Positions 1-8,489 of a stretch of DNA of 64,000 nucleotides are shown in pieces. Location: the NCBI GenBank assembly GCA_051251915.1, contig JBPOGF010000012.1:1-64000 (forward strand). The letters are read 5' to 3'. The notes under the pieces are model-generated. The model saw only the letters and a list, made by a program, of their open reading frames with translations. It had not been told where the DNA came from and made no database searches. Position 1 is the stretch's first letter. Each line of letters opens with the position of its first letter. A program made the translations under genes and the position numbers. This DNA is from Akkermansiaceae bacterium. GTDB taxonomy: Bacteria; Verrucomicrobiota; Verrucomicrobiia; Verrucomicrobiales; Akkermansiaceae.

Positions 1-172
1 AACCAAGACACATATTTACAGAAATCCATCACCGAAATAACTACAGAAAATCTGCTTAAGTGAGTGCCATTCGGGTCGGTCCTATAATTCATAATTCATC
101 TCTCTAGAGAGAACATTTCATATCATCAAAATTAAGTCTCAGTCAGTGCAGTCAGAGGTTCAAAATACATCT

Positions 173-520
173 ACCCCACGTAAAACAGCAACGCTGCACG
201 TGGTTAATCGCGTGAACCCCGCCACCGCGTGGCTTTATACGCGACCACCAACCCAGTTCCGTGCTTTCAGTGCCTTTTGACTTCATTCCATTACGTCTCT
301 GCGTGATCTCACTCTCTCCTCCTAGAGTGAATTTAGGTTTGCAGTGTTGTCAAAAAAATCCATCAACCCAAGTTCAGCGTTCATTCAGTGAATTCAGCGG
401 TTCAAAAACGTTTCATCGCCCACCCCATTCGTGTAGATTCGTGGTAAGCTCCCGCAGGGCACAACCCAAGCAACCCAAAAAGTCTGTGGTAAATCACCCC
501 AACAAGTGTAGTCTCTAACC
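173..520. repeat. Modular intergenic repeat array 1 (REP-like hairpins plus triple-motif modules, CAACCCAAG cores at 364 and 462)
   Basis: Hairpins CCACGT...ACGTGG (about 176-202) and TCGCGTG...TACGCGA (208-244). Modules ttccgtgctttcagtgcctt, ttcagcgttcattcagtgaattcagcggt and ttcgtgtagattcgtggt, of which the first and last recur at 960-1360, 4880-5020 and 5460-5965. Confidence 0.85.
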
Positions 521-904
521 ATGGAAAATACTGGATCTAACAAAAACGTCCTCGGAGAACCGCTCATCCCCTGCAGCCTAGACCCTCTCACCGGATTCTA
601 CCGCGACGGCCAATGCAACGTAGGCCCAGACGACCAAGGCTGCCACGCCATCTGCTGCCAACTAACCGCCGACTTCCTCGCCTACAGCAAAGCGGCCGGC
701 AACGACCTCTCCACCCCCATGCCCCAATACGGATTCCCCGGCCTAAACCCAGGAGACCACTGGTGCGTCTGCGCCGCCCGATGGGCTGAAGCCCACGCCG
801 CCGGCCACGCCTGCCCCGTCATCCTAAAAGCCACCTCACAAGCAGCCCTAAAATACGTAACCCGCAGCATCCTAGAAGAATTCGCCATCATCGAAGAAGA
901 CTAA
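521..904 (+). CDS. DUF2237 family protein, copy 1
   Basis: NVLGEPLIPCSLDPLTGFYRDGQC...GNDLSTP.PQYGFPGL.PGDHWCVCAARW matches the DUF2237 signature. Confidence 0.92.
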   Translation: MENTGSNKNVLGEPLIPCSLDPLTGFYRDGQCNVGPDDQGCHAICCQLTADFLAYSKAAGNDLSTPMPQYGFPGLNPGDHWCVCAARWAEAHAAGHACPVILKATSQAALKYVTRSILEEFAIIEED

Positions 905-1385
905 AAAACTTACCTCTACCATCAATAAATCGCGTGCGGCAAAGCCGTTATACGCGACAACCCCAGCCACCGATCACCACTAACCGATCACCCTCAACTT
1001 TATACTTTTTTCCTTTCAAACTTTCCCCTAAAACAACGCCCCCCCCATTCGTAAAAATTCCTGCCGATTCGTGGTAAGCTCCCGCAGGGCACAACCCAAG
1101 CTTCCCCTACCCGTCAACCCTATTCCGTGCCTTTTGTGCTTTCCGTGGTTCAAACAAATCCATCAACCCAAGCAAAAAATCCTCAAGCATACTTTCGCGT
1201 ATTTAGTCTTTTTCCCGGTAAAAAATCCATCAACCAAAGCTTCCCTAACCATCAACCAAGTTCCGTGTTTTCAGTGCTTTCCGTGGTTCAAAAAAACATC
1301 AACCCAAGCAAAATTCGTGAAAATCCGTGAAGATTCGCGGTAAAACGCTCCATCGTCCACCTCACTCAAAAAGCAAATTCCTAGC
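905..1385. repeat. Modular intergenic repeat array 2 (CAACCCAAG at 1092, 1164, 1300 plus variants)
   Basis: Blocks near-identical to 4888-4973, 5636-5697, 5745-5800 and 5461-5522, but in a different order. Confidence 0.9.
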
Positions 1386-1445
1386 TGTCATCGCATCATG
1401 ATACGCCCTGCCTCTATGGTTAAAAATCTCTTCGTATTCCATTGG

Positions 1446-2090
1446 TTATTTACTCAACTCTACCTCCATCCGTTTCAGATCCTGGCACGTATGACAAAGC
1501 TCACATTTAGCTGGAGCTTGATGATCATAATAGACCGGATCTCGACAAGATCACGCACAGTCTCGAATTTCTTCTGGCAGCATGGCAAAGATCTCCGCCT
1601 TAGTGAGATCCAGCACAGGAAAGATCCTCTCTGGTATCACCAAGTTCTGCTCCAAAGAAAGAGTGAGTTCATATAGTTTCTGTGCTCTATCCATTCTATC
1701 AATGAAATTCTGTGAACCTGCTTCCACATCAGTCTTGGTCCGCCCCATCGCTACCTTTTCTATGTCTCGATACTCCCTGACTATATTGGCAGCCATAAAT
1801 GCAGCTAAGTCCATATCATAGATAAATCTGGTCTGTAGAAATCTATATTCCATCACATTCTCAGTATAGCGAATTGGTCTCCCAGTGCGCTCTTGAATGA
1901 GAGGAATAATCTTCTCCACCGCATGAGCCTCAGCCTCAGTGCGTTCTTCTCTATTGAGCAAATGCATGTGATGCACATGCATTGTGTAATCATCATACTC
2001 CGCTGAAGTCAGCAGCCGATAAAGCACTCCCACAGAGTCTAATCCACCTGAGAACATGCAGAGTATTGCTTTTTTACTAATTTCACTCAC
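1446..2090 (-). pseudogene. QueC-like PP-loop ATPase interrupted by an in-frame TGA at 1551-1553 (214 aa if read through)
   Basis: SGGLDS PP-loop motif. After the TGA the frame continues SCRDPVYYDHQAPAKCELCHTCQDLKRMEVELSK-TAA, restoring the QueC-type (W)SC...CxxCxxC zinc-binding tail. Confidence 0.75.
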
Positions 2091-2119
2091 GAATTAACCT
2101 TTTATCTATACCTAAAATA

Positions 2120-2149
2120 TTGACAAGTTAATATTATACTGGCTATCAT
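2120..2149 (+). promoter_or_regulatory. Sigma70-type promoter, probably giving a leaderless transcript of the PEP-CTERM gene
   Basis: TTGACA (2120-2125), 18 nt spacer, TATCAT (2144-2149). The ATG follows after 5 nt and no Shine-Dalgarno is visible. Confidence 0.55.
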
Positions 2150-2154
2150 ATTTT

Positions 2155-2817
2155 ATGTCTAAGAAATCGTCTATCATTACACTTTGCTCTTCTGGTTTAG
2201 TCGCATCTACTTCGCAAGCTGCGATTATTTTTAATAATTTCACGGACGTCACATTGGCTGATACTTCTACTGATCGCACCTACTACGATTTCGAGACTGC
2301 TACTATTTCCGCAGATCAAACTGCAGACTCTGACTTTATGATAAGAGCATCTCAGTTGAGTGCAAACACTTATCTTATAACTAATCTAAAATCTGATTAC
2401 TTTGTATTAGGCGGCGAATTCGATACAGGAAGTGCATACGCGGGAGGTGAAGCTGGGGCAACAGGAACGAACCAACGATTAGCAATAGCTTTCGAGCATG
2501 GTGATACGATTCATGCATCAGGTGAACTATACAACTCTTCACTCATTCTTACTCAAGAAGATGGATCTGCTGGATCTGACTACGATTTCTCAACCCCAAA
2601 CTCTGCAATCGGGTTAGCACATTTTGATAATGCCGGATCATTCAAGTTTGGCTTCCTCAATGTTGAAAAAGGAAGTCTCATCTTACAATCTGGTGGTTCG
2701 CAGGACACCTTTGGACTTACCGGAATTACTGTAACTCCAGTTCCTGAGCCTAGCTCACTCGCTCTACTCTCACTTGGTGTGCTCGGCATTGCTAGTTATC
2801 GTAAACGCTCAGCGTAG
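2155..2817 (+). CDS. PEP-CTERM sorting domain surface protein
   Basis: Signal peptide ending SQA-A; C-terminal VPEPSSLALLSLGVLGIASYRKRSA. Confidence 0.93.
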   Translation: MSKKSSIITLCSSGLVASTSQAAIIFNNFTDVTLADTSTDRTYYDFETATISADQTADSDFMIRASQLSANTYLITNLKSDYFVLGGEFDTGSAYAGGEAGATGTNQRLAIAFEHGDTIHASGELYNSSLILTQEDGSAGSDYDFSTPNSAIGLAHFDNAGSFKFGFLNVEKGSLILQSGGSQDTFGLTGITVTPVPEPSSLALLSLGVLGIASYRKRSA

Positions 2818-2838
2818 ATAATTCGTCAGCCATTAGCT

Positions 2839-4650
2839 ATGCTCTATAGACAATTAGTTCTCTTGTGGGAAACCGCAAGCTGGGTAGATATTGAGCGTCT
2901 CATGGCGCTAGGAAAGCTTCCTATTCTAAAGGATTTTTGTAGTAAAGGATCCGCAGGGAGACTGGCTAGCGTAGCCCCCTTATCCCAGGTATCTGGAGCT
3001 ATAAGTCTAGCCAATGGAACCGCTCCCTGCGATCACCAAGTCTTTAGTAATTTAAAGCTAAACGATAAAGCTAACTGCGCGCTAGAAAGCTGCGCCAGTG
3101 ATTGGCAACCTATTTGGGAAACTCTCGCTCACTCAGGAGATCGCGGCATAGCAATTAACTGGCCGATTACTCATCCTGCTCACTCTCAGCAAACCCAGAT
3201 TATCTCTGATCGATATTGTCTTCAAGGCAGACACCATTACCGCTACTGCACCCCAAGAGAGAGTATTTCAGAAACGATTAATGATAGTCTACGTAGCACG
3301 TTAAATGCCTCAAGAATACTACCAGAAGAACTAGGTACAGACGTTTTATCAGAGTTTCTAGAAATCGATCGGTCATTATTAGCTCAACAAAAAGACCTCC
3401 ATCAAGTTCGCCAAATCATCGCTCGCATCTATAGCGTCCATGCGGCAAGCCTCGTGATGCTAGAAAATGAATCTTGGGATAACTGTTTTATTGCCTACCC
3501 GGCATTACAAGAGATCCTCTATTTAATTGAGAAATCATCACTACAACCAAAGCACAGAGATAAGATCTACACCATCCTAGATCAACTGTTAGGAGTTATT
3601 CTCTCTCTAACAGACAGCAACACAATGGTGCACATTATTAGTAGCCATTCGTATATTTCAAATCAACCCAAGCTTGCCCATGGAACTGGAGTCTGGGCAA
3701 TCAGAGGCGGCAACATTATCAATAACAGAGTTATACAAGGAGCACATGTGTTAGATTTCGCTCCTACATTAATACGGCTACGAGGACAATCTTCTGATAG
3801 ATTTACTCATCAACCTAGAACCGATCTATTTTCTAGTTTACCTGTATCGAATAAGGAACAAGCTTTAAAAACAGAACAAGAACCTAGATTAACACCAAAG
3901 CAAGCACTCTGGTCTCATCTGCTAGAAGATGGTAGAATCCCCAGGCTCCTGTTGCCACAAAAGAAATTTGACCGCACTTTGATAAAACAAATTCACAGTG
4001 ATGCACTAGAAAGCGAATTTGAATCTCTGCTAGAGCAACAGCGATATGCCGATGCTAGTATCGTGGGCAATGAAATGAATCATCTGTTCCCTAACAAACC
4101 TAAAACACAGATTAATTACGCTTATTGTCTGCTCGCAGAGAAAAAATACTCAGAACTTGAAGAACATATTGCAGCCAATAACGTCGATGCTTCCGAACTT
4201 TTAAAAATAGAGTTTAGTATTATTAGCGCCCGCATCCATTTAGCCAAAGGCGATCTGCAACCTGCAAAAAGAACCATTTCTGAACTCAGCACCACTCCAC
4301 TCACCACGCCAACCCAACAACTAAAAATCGCGGGTATTTACAGAGACCTAGGTGAAACGACACCAGCTATATCTATCTACAAAACACACATTAAGAGATA
4401 CCCTGGACATATACAACCACACATCTTGCTCGCCGTCGTATTACTCAAAGACAAACAGTATCTGCTAGCAGAACAAACTGCCCTAACAGCACTAAAAATA
4501 GACTCCACCAATGAGCGAGCTCAATACACCGTAGCGATGGCTAGACTGCGCCAAGGCAAGAAAGCTGTCGCTATTAAAGGTCTCGAAAACTACTGCCAAA
4601 TCACCGGAGGAACACGTCTGATAAACCGAGTTCTTAAATTCGCTCAGTAA
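2839..4650 (+). CDS. Alkaline phosphatase / type I phosphodiesterase-superfamily protein with C-terminal TPRs (catalytic motifs look degenerate)
   Basis: N-terminal LWETASW..IERLM..GKLP.L..F...G..G.LAS..P pattern; HGTGVW..RG and LDFAPTL motifs; helical TPR-like repeats in the last ~200 aa. Confidence 0.7.
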   Translation: MLYRQLVLLWETASWVDIERLMALGKLPILKDFCSKGSAGRLASVAPLSQVSGAISLANGTAPCDHQVFSNLKLNDKANCALESCASDWQPIWETLAHSGDRGIAINWPITHPAHSQQTQIISDRYCLQGRHHYRYCTPRESISETINDSLRSTLNASRILPEELGTDVLSEFLEIDRSLLAQQKDLHQVRQIIARIYSVHAASLVMLENESWDNCFIAYPALQEILYLIEKSSLQPKHRDKIYTILDQLLGVILSLTDSNTMVHIISSHSYISNQPKLAHGTGVWAIRGGNIINNRVIQGAHVLDFAPTLIRLRGQSSDRFTHQPRTDLFSSLPVSNKEQALKTEQEPRLTPKQALWSHLLEDGRIPRLLLPQKKFDRTLIKQIHSDALESEFESLLEQQRYADASIVGNEMNHLFPNKPKTQINYAYCLLAEKKYSELEEHIAANNVDASELLKIEFSIISARIHLAKGDLQPAKRTISELSTTPLTTPTQQLKIAGIYRDLGETTPAISIYKTHIKRYPGHIQPHILLAVVLLKDKQYLLAEQTALTALKIDSTNERAQYTVAMARLRQGKKAVAIKGLENYCQITGGTRLINRVLKFAQ

Positions 4651-4709
4651 ACTCGTTGCATAACGAGAACACATTCTCTAACTATTTCGTCTTAACTACA
4701 CCTTAACAA

Positions 4710-4738
4710 AGGGAAAGAGCTTCAACAGCCCTTTCCCT
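4710..4738. terminator. Hairpin after the cargo operon
   Basis: AGGGAAAGAGC...GCCCTTTCCCT inverted repeat. Confidence 0.45.
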
Positions 4739-4887
4739 GCATATACTAGTTGAGACCCTATCAAATTAAGCGATCTCTTATGCGAAGAAGCTCTGCCAAT
4801 CGTCAAGCTGGGTTGGGAGAGTAGACCTTGCCTAAAAGAAGAATAAATGTAGAAAGGAAGTGTAACCTATGTGCCAGTTCATACCGA

Positions 4888-5023
4888 GCACAACCCAAGC
4901 TTCCCCTACCCGTCAACCCTATTCCGTGCTTTCAGTGCCTTCCGTGGTTCAAAAAATCCATCAACCCAAGCAACATTAAAAAGTCAGTAGTAAATCCCCC
5001 CCCAACAAGTGTAACCTAAAACG
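4888..5023. repeat. Modular repeat block at the right edge of the cargo (CAACCCAAG at 4891, 4962)
   Basis: 4888-4973 is nearly identical to 1089-1175; 4962-5015 resembles 462-512. Confidence 0.9.
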
Positions 5024-5407
5024 ATGGCCAACACCCAACCAAACAAAAACGTCCTCGGCGAAAAACTCATCCCCTGCAGCCTAGACCCTCTCACCGGATT
5101 CTACCGCGACGGCCAATGCAACGTAAGCCCAGACGACCAAGGCTGCCACGCCATCTGCTGCCTACTAACCGCCGACTTCCTCGCCTACAGCAAAGCAGCC
5201 GGCAACGACCTCTCCACCCCCATGCCCCAATACGGCTTCCCCGGCCTAAACCCAGGAGACCACTGGTGCGTCTGCGCCGCCCGCTGGGCAGAAGCCCACA
5301 CCGCCGGCCACGCCTGCCCCGTCATCCTAAAAGCCACCTCACAAGCAGCCCTAAAATACGTAACCCGCAGCATCCTAGAAGAATTCGCCATCATCGAAGA
5401 AGACTAA
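5024..5407 (+). CDS. DUF2237 family protein, copy 2
   Basis: Near-identical to 521-904, differing in the N-terminal residues and about 4 internal substitutions. Identity extends about 58 nt past the stop codon. Confidence 0.92.
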   Translation: MANTQPNKNVLGEKLIPCSLDPLTGFYRDGQCNVSPDDQGCHAICCLLTADFLAYSKAAGNDLSTPMPQYGFPGLNPGDHWCVCAARWAEAHTAGHACPVILKATSQAALKYVTRSILEEFAIIEED

Positions 5408-5965
5408 AAAACTTACCTCTACCATCAATAAATCGCGTGCGGCAAAGCCGTTATACGCGACAACCCAAGCAACATTCGTGTAAATTCGTGCAGATTGGTG
5501 GTTAAAAGCTCCATCGTCCACCCCACCAACCCAAGCTTCCCTACGCATCTACCATGTTCCGTATTTTCAGTGCCTTCCGTGGTTAAAAAATCCATCAACC
5601 CAAGCACACAATCCAAGCCCCCCGATCACTGATCACTGATCACCGCTAACCGATCACCCTCAACTTTATCCTTTCTCCTTTCAAACTTTCCCCTAAAAAA
5701 ACGCACCCTCAATTCAAGTTATTCGTGGTAAGCGTCGCAAGCAACAACCCAAGCAAAAAAGCCTCATGCATACTTTCGCGTATTTAGTCTATTTCGCAGT
5801 CCAGCACCGCAGTTCAAAGCACCAAGCAACATTCGTGAAAAATTCGAGAAGATTCGTGGTAAAAAGCTCCATCAACCCAAGTTCAACCCAAGCTTACCTA
5901 CTCATCTACCCTGTTCCGTATTTTCAGTGCCTTCCGTGGTCAAAAAAAATCCATCAACCAAGCTC
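5408..5965. repeat. Modular intergenic repeat array 3 (CAACCCAAG at 5461, 5527, 5596, 5745, 5873, 5884)
   Basis: Same module types as arrays 1-2, including the heptamer run gatcactgatcactgatcacc (5624-5644). Confidence 0.9.
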
Positions 5966-6043
5966 AAAGGTTCATAAATCCATCTCTCAAGGCTCCACTA
6001 TCCCTAAAAATCCATGTAGATGAGAACTGAAAAATCCCACCCA

Positions 6044-7846
6044 CTAAAACGGCCAAATCAACGGAATCAAATAACTCGCCAACAACCACATAATCACCGC
6101 CAACGGAAACCCAGCCTTAAAGAAATCACCAAACTTATAACCACCAGCACCATACACAAACGTATTCGTCTGATAACCAATCGGCGTAGAAAAACTAGCC
6201 GATGACCCAAACATCACCGCCACCACAAACGGCCGAGCATCCACTCCCATCCCCATCGCCACTGAAATAGCTATAGGTGTAAGCAACGCCGCCACCGCAT
6301 TATTACTAATCAACTCCGTCATAATAGCAGCCACCAGATAAACCAAGCAGAGCACCAAATGCGGATTATCCTTAAACCCCTCAACCCCACTTGCTATCAA
6401 CTGCGCCAAACCCGACTCAGTCATCGCCAACCCTACCCCAAGCATCCCGAAAATCATAAAGATCACCTTCCACTCGATCGCCTTATAAGCCTCATTCGGC
6501 AAAATACACCCCGTAACCAACACCAACAACGCACAAAGCAGCGCAGTCAAAACCACAGGAACATCAAACCCCAGCGGCCCGCTCAACGCCCCCACCAACA
6601 TAAACAACACAATCGCACCAATCGCAATCGGAGACTTCTTATCCCTCATCTCCTCATGATGTGGCTCACTCAAGTTAATAAAATCCTTCTCCTCAAAAAG
6701 CTTACGCATCTTCTGCCTAGGCCCCTGAACCAATAAAGTATCACCAAATTCCAACCGCTCATCCTCAAACCGCTCCCGTAAATTTCGCCCACGTCGATGC
6801 ACAGCCAAAATCAACACACCAAAACTCTGCCTAAAATTCAACTGCTTCAAGCTCTTCCCTGCCAACGAAGAATCAGGTCCTAAAATCCCCTCCATCAGCA
6901 CCGCAGACTCAGTTCGCATCCCCTCAAGACCAAACTGCTCATTCCCTCTAATATCGATCCCCTCCGTATTAGACACCCCCATCACCGCAGACAGCTTCCC
7001 CTTGAAAACAATCTCATCCCCCTCCTCAAACCTTATCTCTGGCAACGGATCACGCACCCTTCTGCCACCTCGCATCACCTCAAGAACCCGCACCTTCTTC
7101 AGCTTACCAATCTCCGTATCAACATAAGCCGTACCTATCAATGGAGATCCACTCTTCACAAACGCATGCGTGATAAACTCCCTACTCTCACTACTATCAA
7201 TCAATGCCGCCAAAGTCACCCGATCAGGCAACAACTTCCGCCCTACCGTCATCAGATAAACAAACGTCACCCCCACAAAAACCAAACCAAGCGGCATAAT
7301 CTCAAACATCGTAAACGGCGTCATCCCCTTATCCTGAGCTATCCCTGAAGCTATCAAATTTGTCGACGTACCAATAATCGTCATCGTCCCACCCACAATC
7401 GCCGCATAAGACAACGGAATCAAATACTTAGACGCCTTGAACCCCTGCTTACGACAAATCGCCAGCACTATCGGCATAAACACCACCACCACAGGTGTAT
7501 TATTCACAAAACCCGAAAGCACCGCCACAATCAAAATCAAACTCCCCAGCATCTTGAGCGGACTAGTCCCCACCAACCGCTCAAACCAAATACCCAACAT
7601 ATCAATCACCCCCGTCCGCTCCAATGCAGCACTCAAAATAAACATACAAGCCACAGTAATCGGCGCCGGATTAGAAAACACACTCAGCGCATTATCCGCG
7701 GCCCCATTATCCATACTCAGCACCCCACCCAGCACACAAGCCAGCAACGCCCCCATCGCCACCAACTCAGCAGACACCCACTCCTTCACAAAGGCGGAAA
7801 ACACCACCACAATAAGGATACTAAGGAAAATCTGCTCTGCTGACAT
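6044..7846 (-). CDS. SLC13 / sodium:sulfate symporter family permease with two TrkA-C domains
   Basis: SGFVNNT, GGTMTIIGTSTNL, TELISNNAVAAL and SFSTPIGYQTNTFVYGAGGYKFGDF motifs; soluble TrkA-C insert. Confidence 0.92.
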   Translation of the reverse strand: MSAEQIFLSILIVVVFSAFVKEWVSAELVAMGALLACVLGGVLSMDNGAADNALSVFSNPAPITVACMFILSAALERTGVIDMLGIWFERLVGTSPLKMLGSLILIVAVLSGFVNNTPVVVVFMPIVLAICRKQGFKASKYLIPLSYAAIVGGTMTIIGTSTNLIASGIAQDKGMTPFTMFEIMPLGLVFVGVTFVYLMTVGRKLLPDRVTLAALIDSSESREFITHAFVKSGSPLIGTAYVDTEIGKLKKVRVLEVMRGGRRVRDPLPEIRFEEGDEIVFKGKLSAVMGVSNTEGIDIRGNEQFGLEGMRTESAVLMEGILGPDSSLAGKSLKQLNFRQSFGVLILAVHRRGRNLRERFEDERLEFGDTLLVQGPRQKMRKLFEEKDFINLSEPHHEEMRDKKSPIAIGAIVLFMLVGALSGPLGFDVPVVLTALLCALLVLVTGCILPNEAYKAIEWKVIFMIFGMLGVGLAMTESGLAQLIASGVEGFKDNPHLVLCLVYLVAAIMTELISNNAVAALLTPIAISVAMGMGVDARPFVVAVMFGSSASFSTPIGYQTNTFVYGAGGYKFGDFFKAGFPLAVIMWLLASYLIPLIWPF

Positions 7847-8429
7847 GCCCAAGGTTCTACCCTAACAACCCCTTACCATCTAGAAAAAAGTACGTTCACA
7901 TTTATCCCCCACTAGCGTTCCCACTACATAGCACAGCACAGCGCCTACGACCAAAAACTCAGCCTCAATAGCTACTCCCTATTTACCAACAATGTGCCAA
8001 AGGCTCCCCACACCCCATGCAAGCCCTCCGACCACCTCACTTAAAAAGCAAATTCCTAGCAGATAACTCAAACGTTATTATCACAACTACCCACACTTTT
8101 AAATATTTACTTGTTAGTCCACACTTATCTTTCCGTAAAATGCCACAACTGCTTTTTTTACATACTCATAAAGATCAAACGCTTGGTTCAATAAATCTTT
8201 TAGTTATTCAGAGTTTTCGAATCCAGGGTTATTAATACTCTTCTTCCAATCTGTTAGCAATAGCACTAAAAGGCCAAACGAACCTCCCGAACTTATCATC
8301 TCTTTACCATCATTTCTGCTGATTCCAAACTTGTAGAAATATCGTTTGATTATTATTTAGGAGATTAATATTTAGTCACACAAATAGAATACTAGCAATG
8401 GATAAGCCCTTAGGAGCACATGATATTGA

Positions 8430-8462
8430 GATTGACAGACTAGGTCAATCACATGCTATCTT
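8430..8462 (+). promoter_or_regulatory. Promoter with a palindromic operator overlapping the -35 box
   Basis: GATTGAC-N7-GTCAATC (8430-8450) contains TTGACA; extended -10 TGcTATCTT follows. Confidence 0.5.
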
Positions 8463-8489
8463 ACAGCTATAATCTTCAATACTTTCACT

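Noticed and set aside
1..63. Possible 3' end of an upstream gene (NQDTYLQKSITEITTENLLK-TGA)
   Set aside because: It is too short to establish frame or identity.
261..1343. Short ORFs over the repeat arrays (261-518, 1071-1343, 1127-1330; likewise 4828-5019 and 5766-6023)
   Set aside because: They are translations of non-coding repeat modules with no protein-like signal.
3664..3672. CAACCCAAG inside the AlkP-TPR gene
   Set aside because: It is a single in-frame occurrence (NQPK) without flanking modules and is plausibly chance.
240..5965. CRISPR array interpretation of the CAACCCAAG repeats
   Set aside because: The core is only 9-13 nt, spacing is irregular, the intervening sequences recur rather than being unique, and no cas genes are present.
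8090..8420. AT-rich stretch resembling a decayed minus-strand gene
   Set aside because: It has multiple stops and no recognisable motif, so it cannot be assigned.
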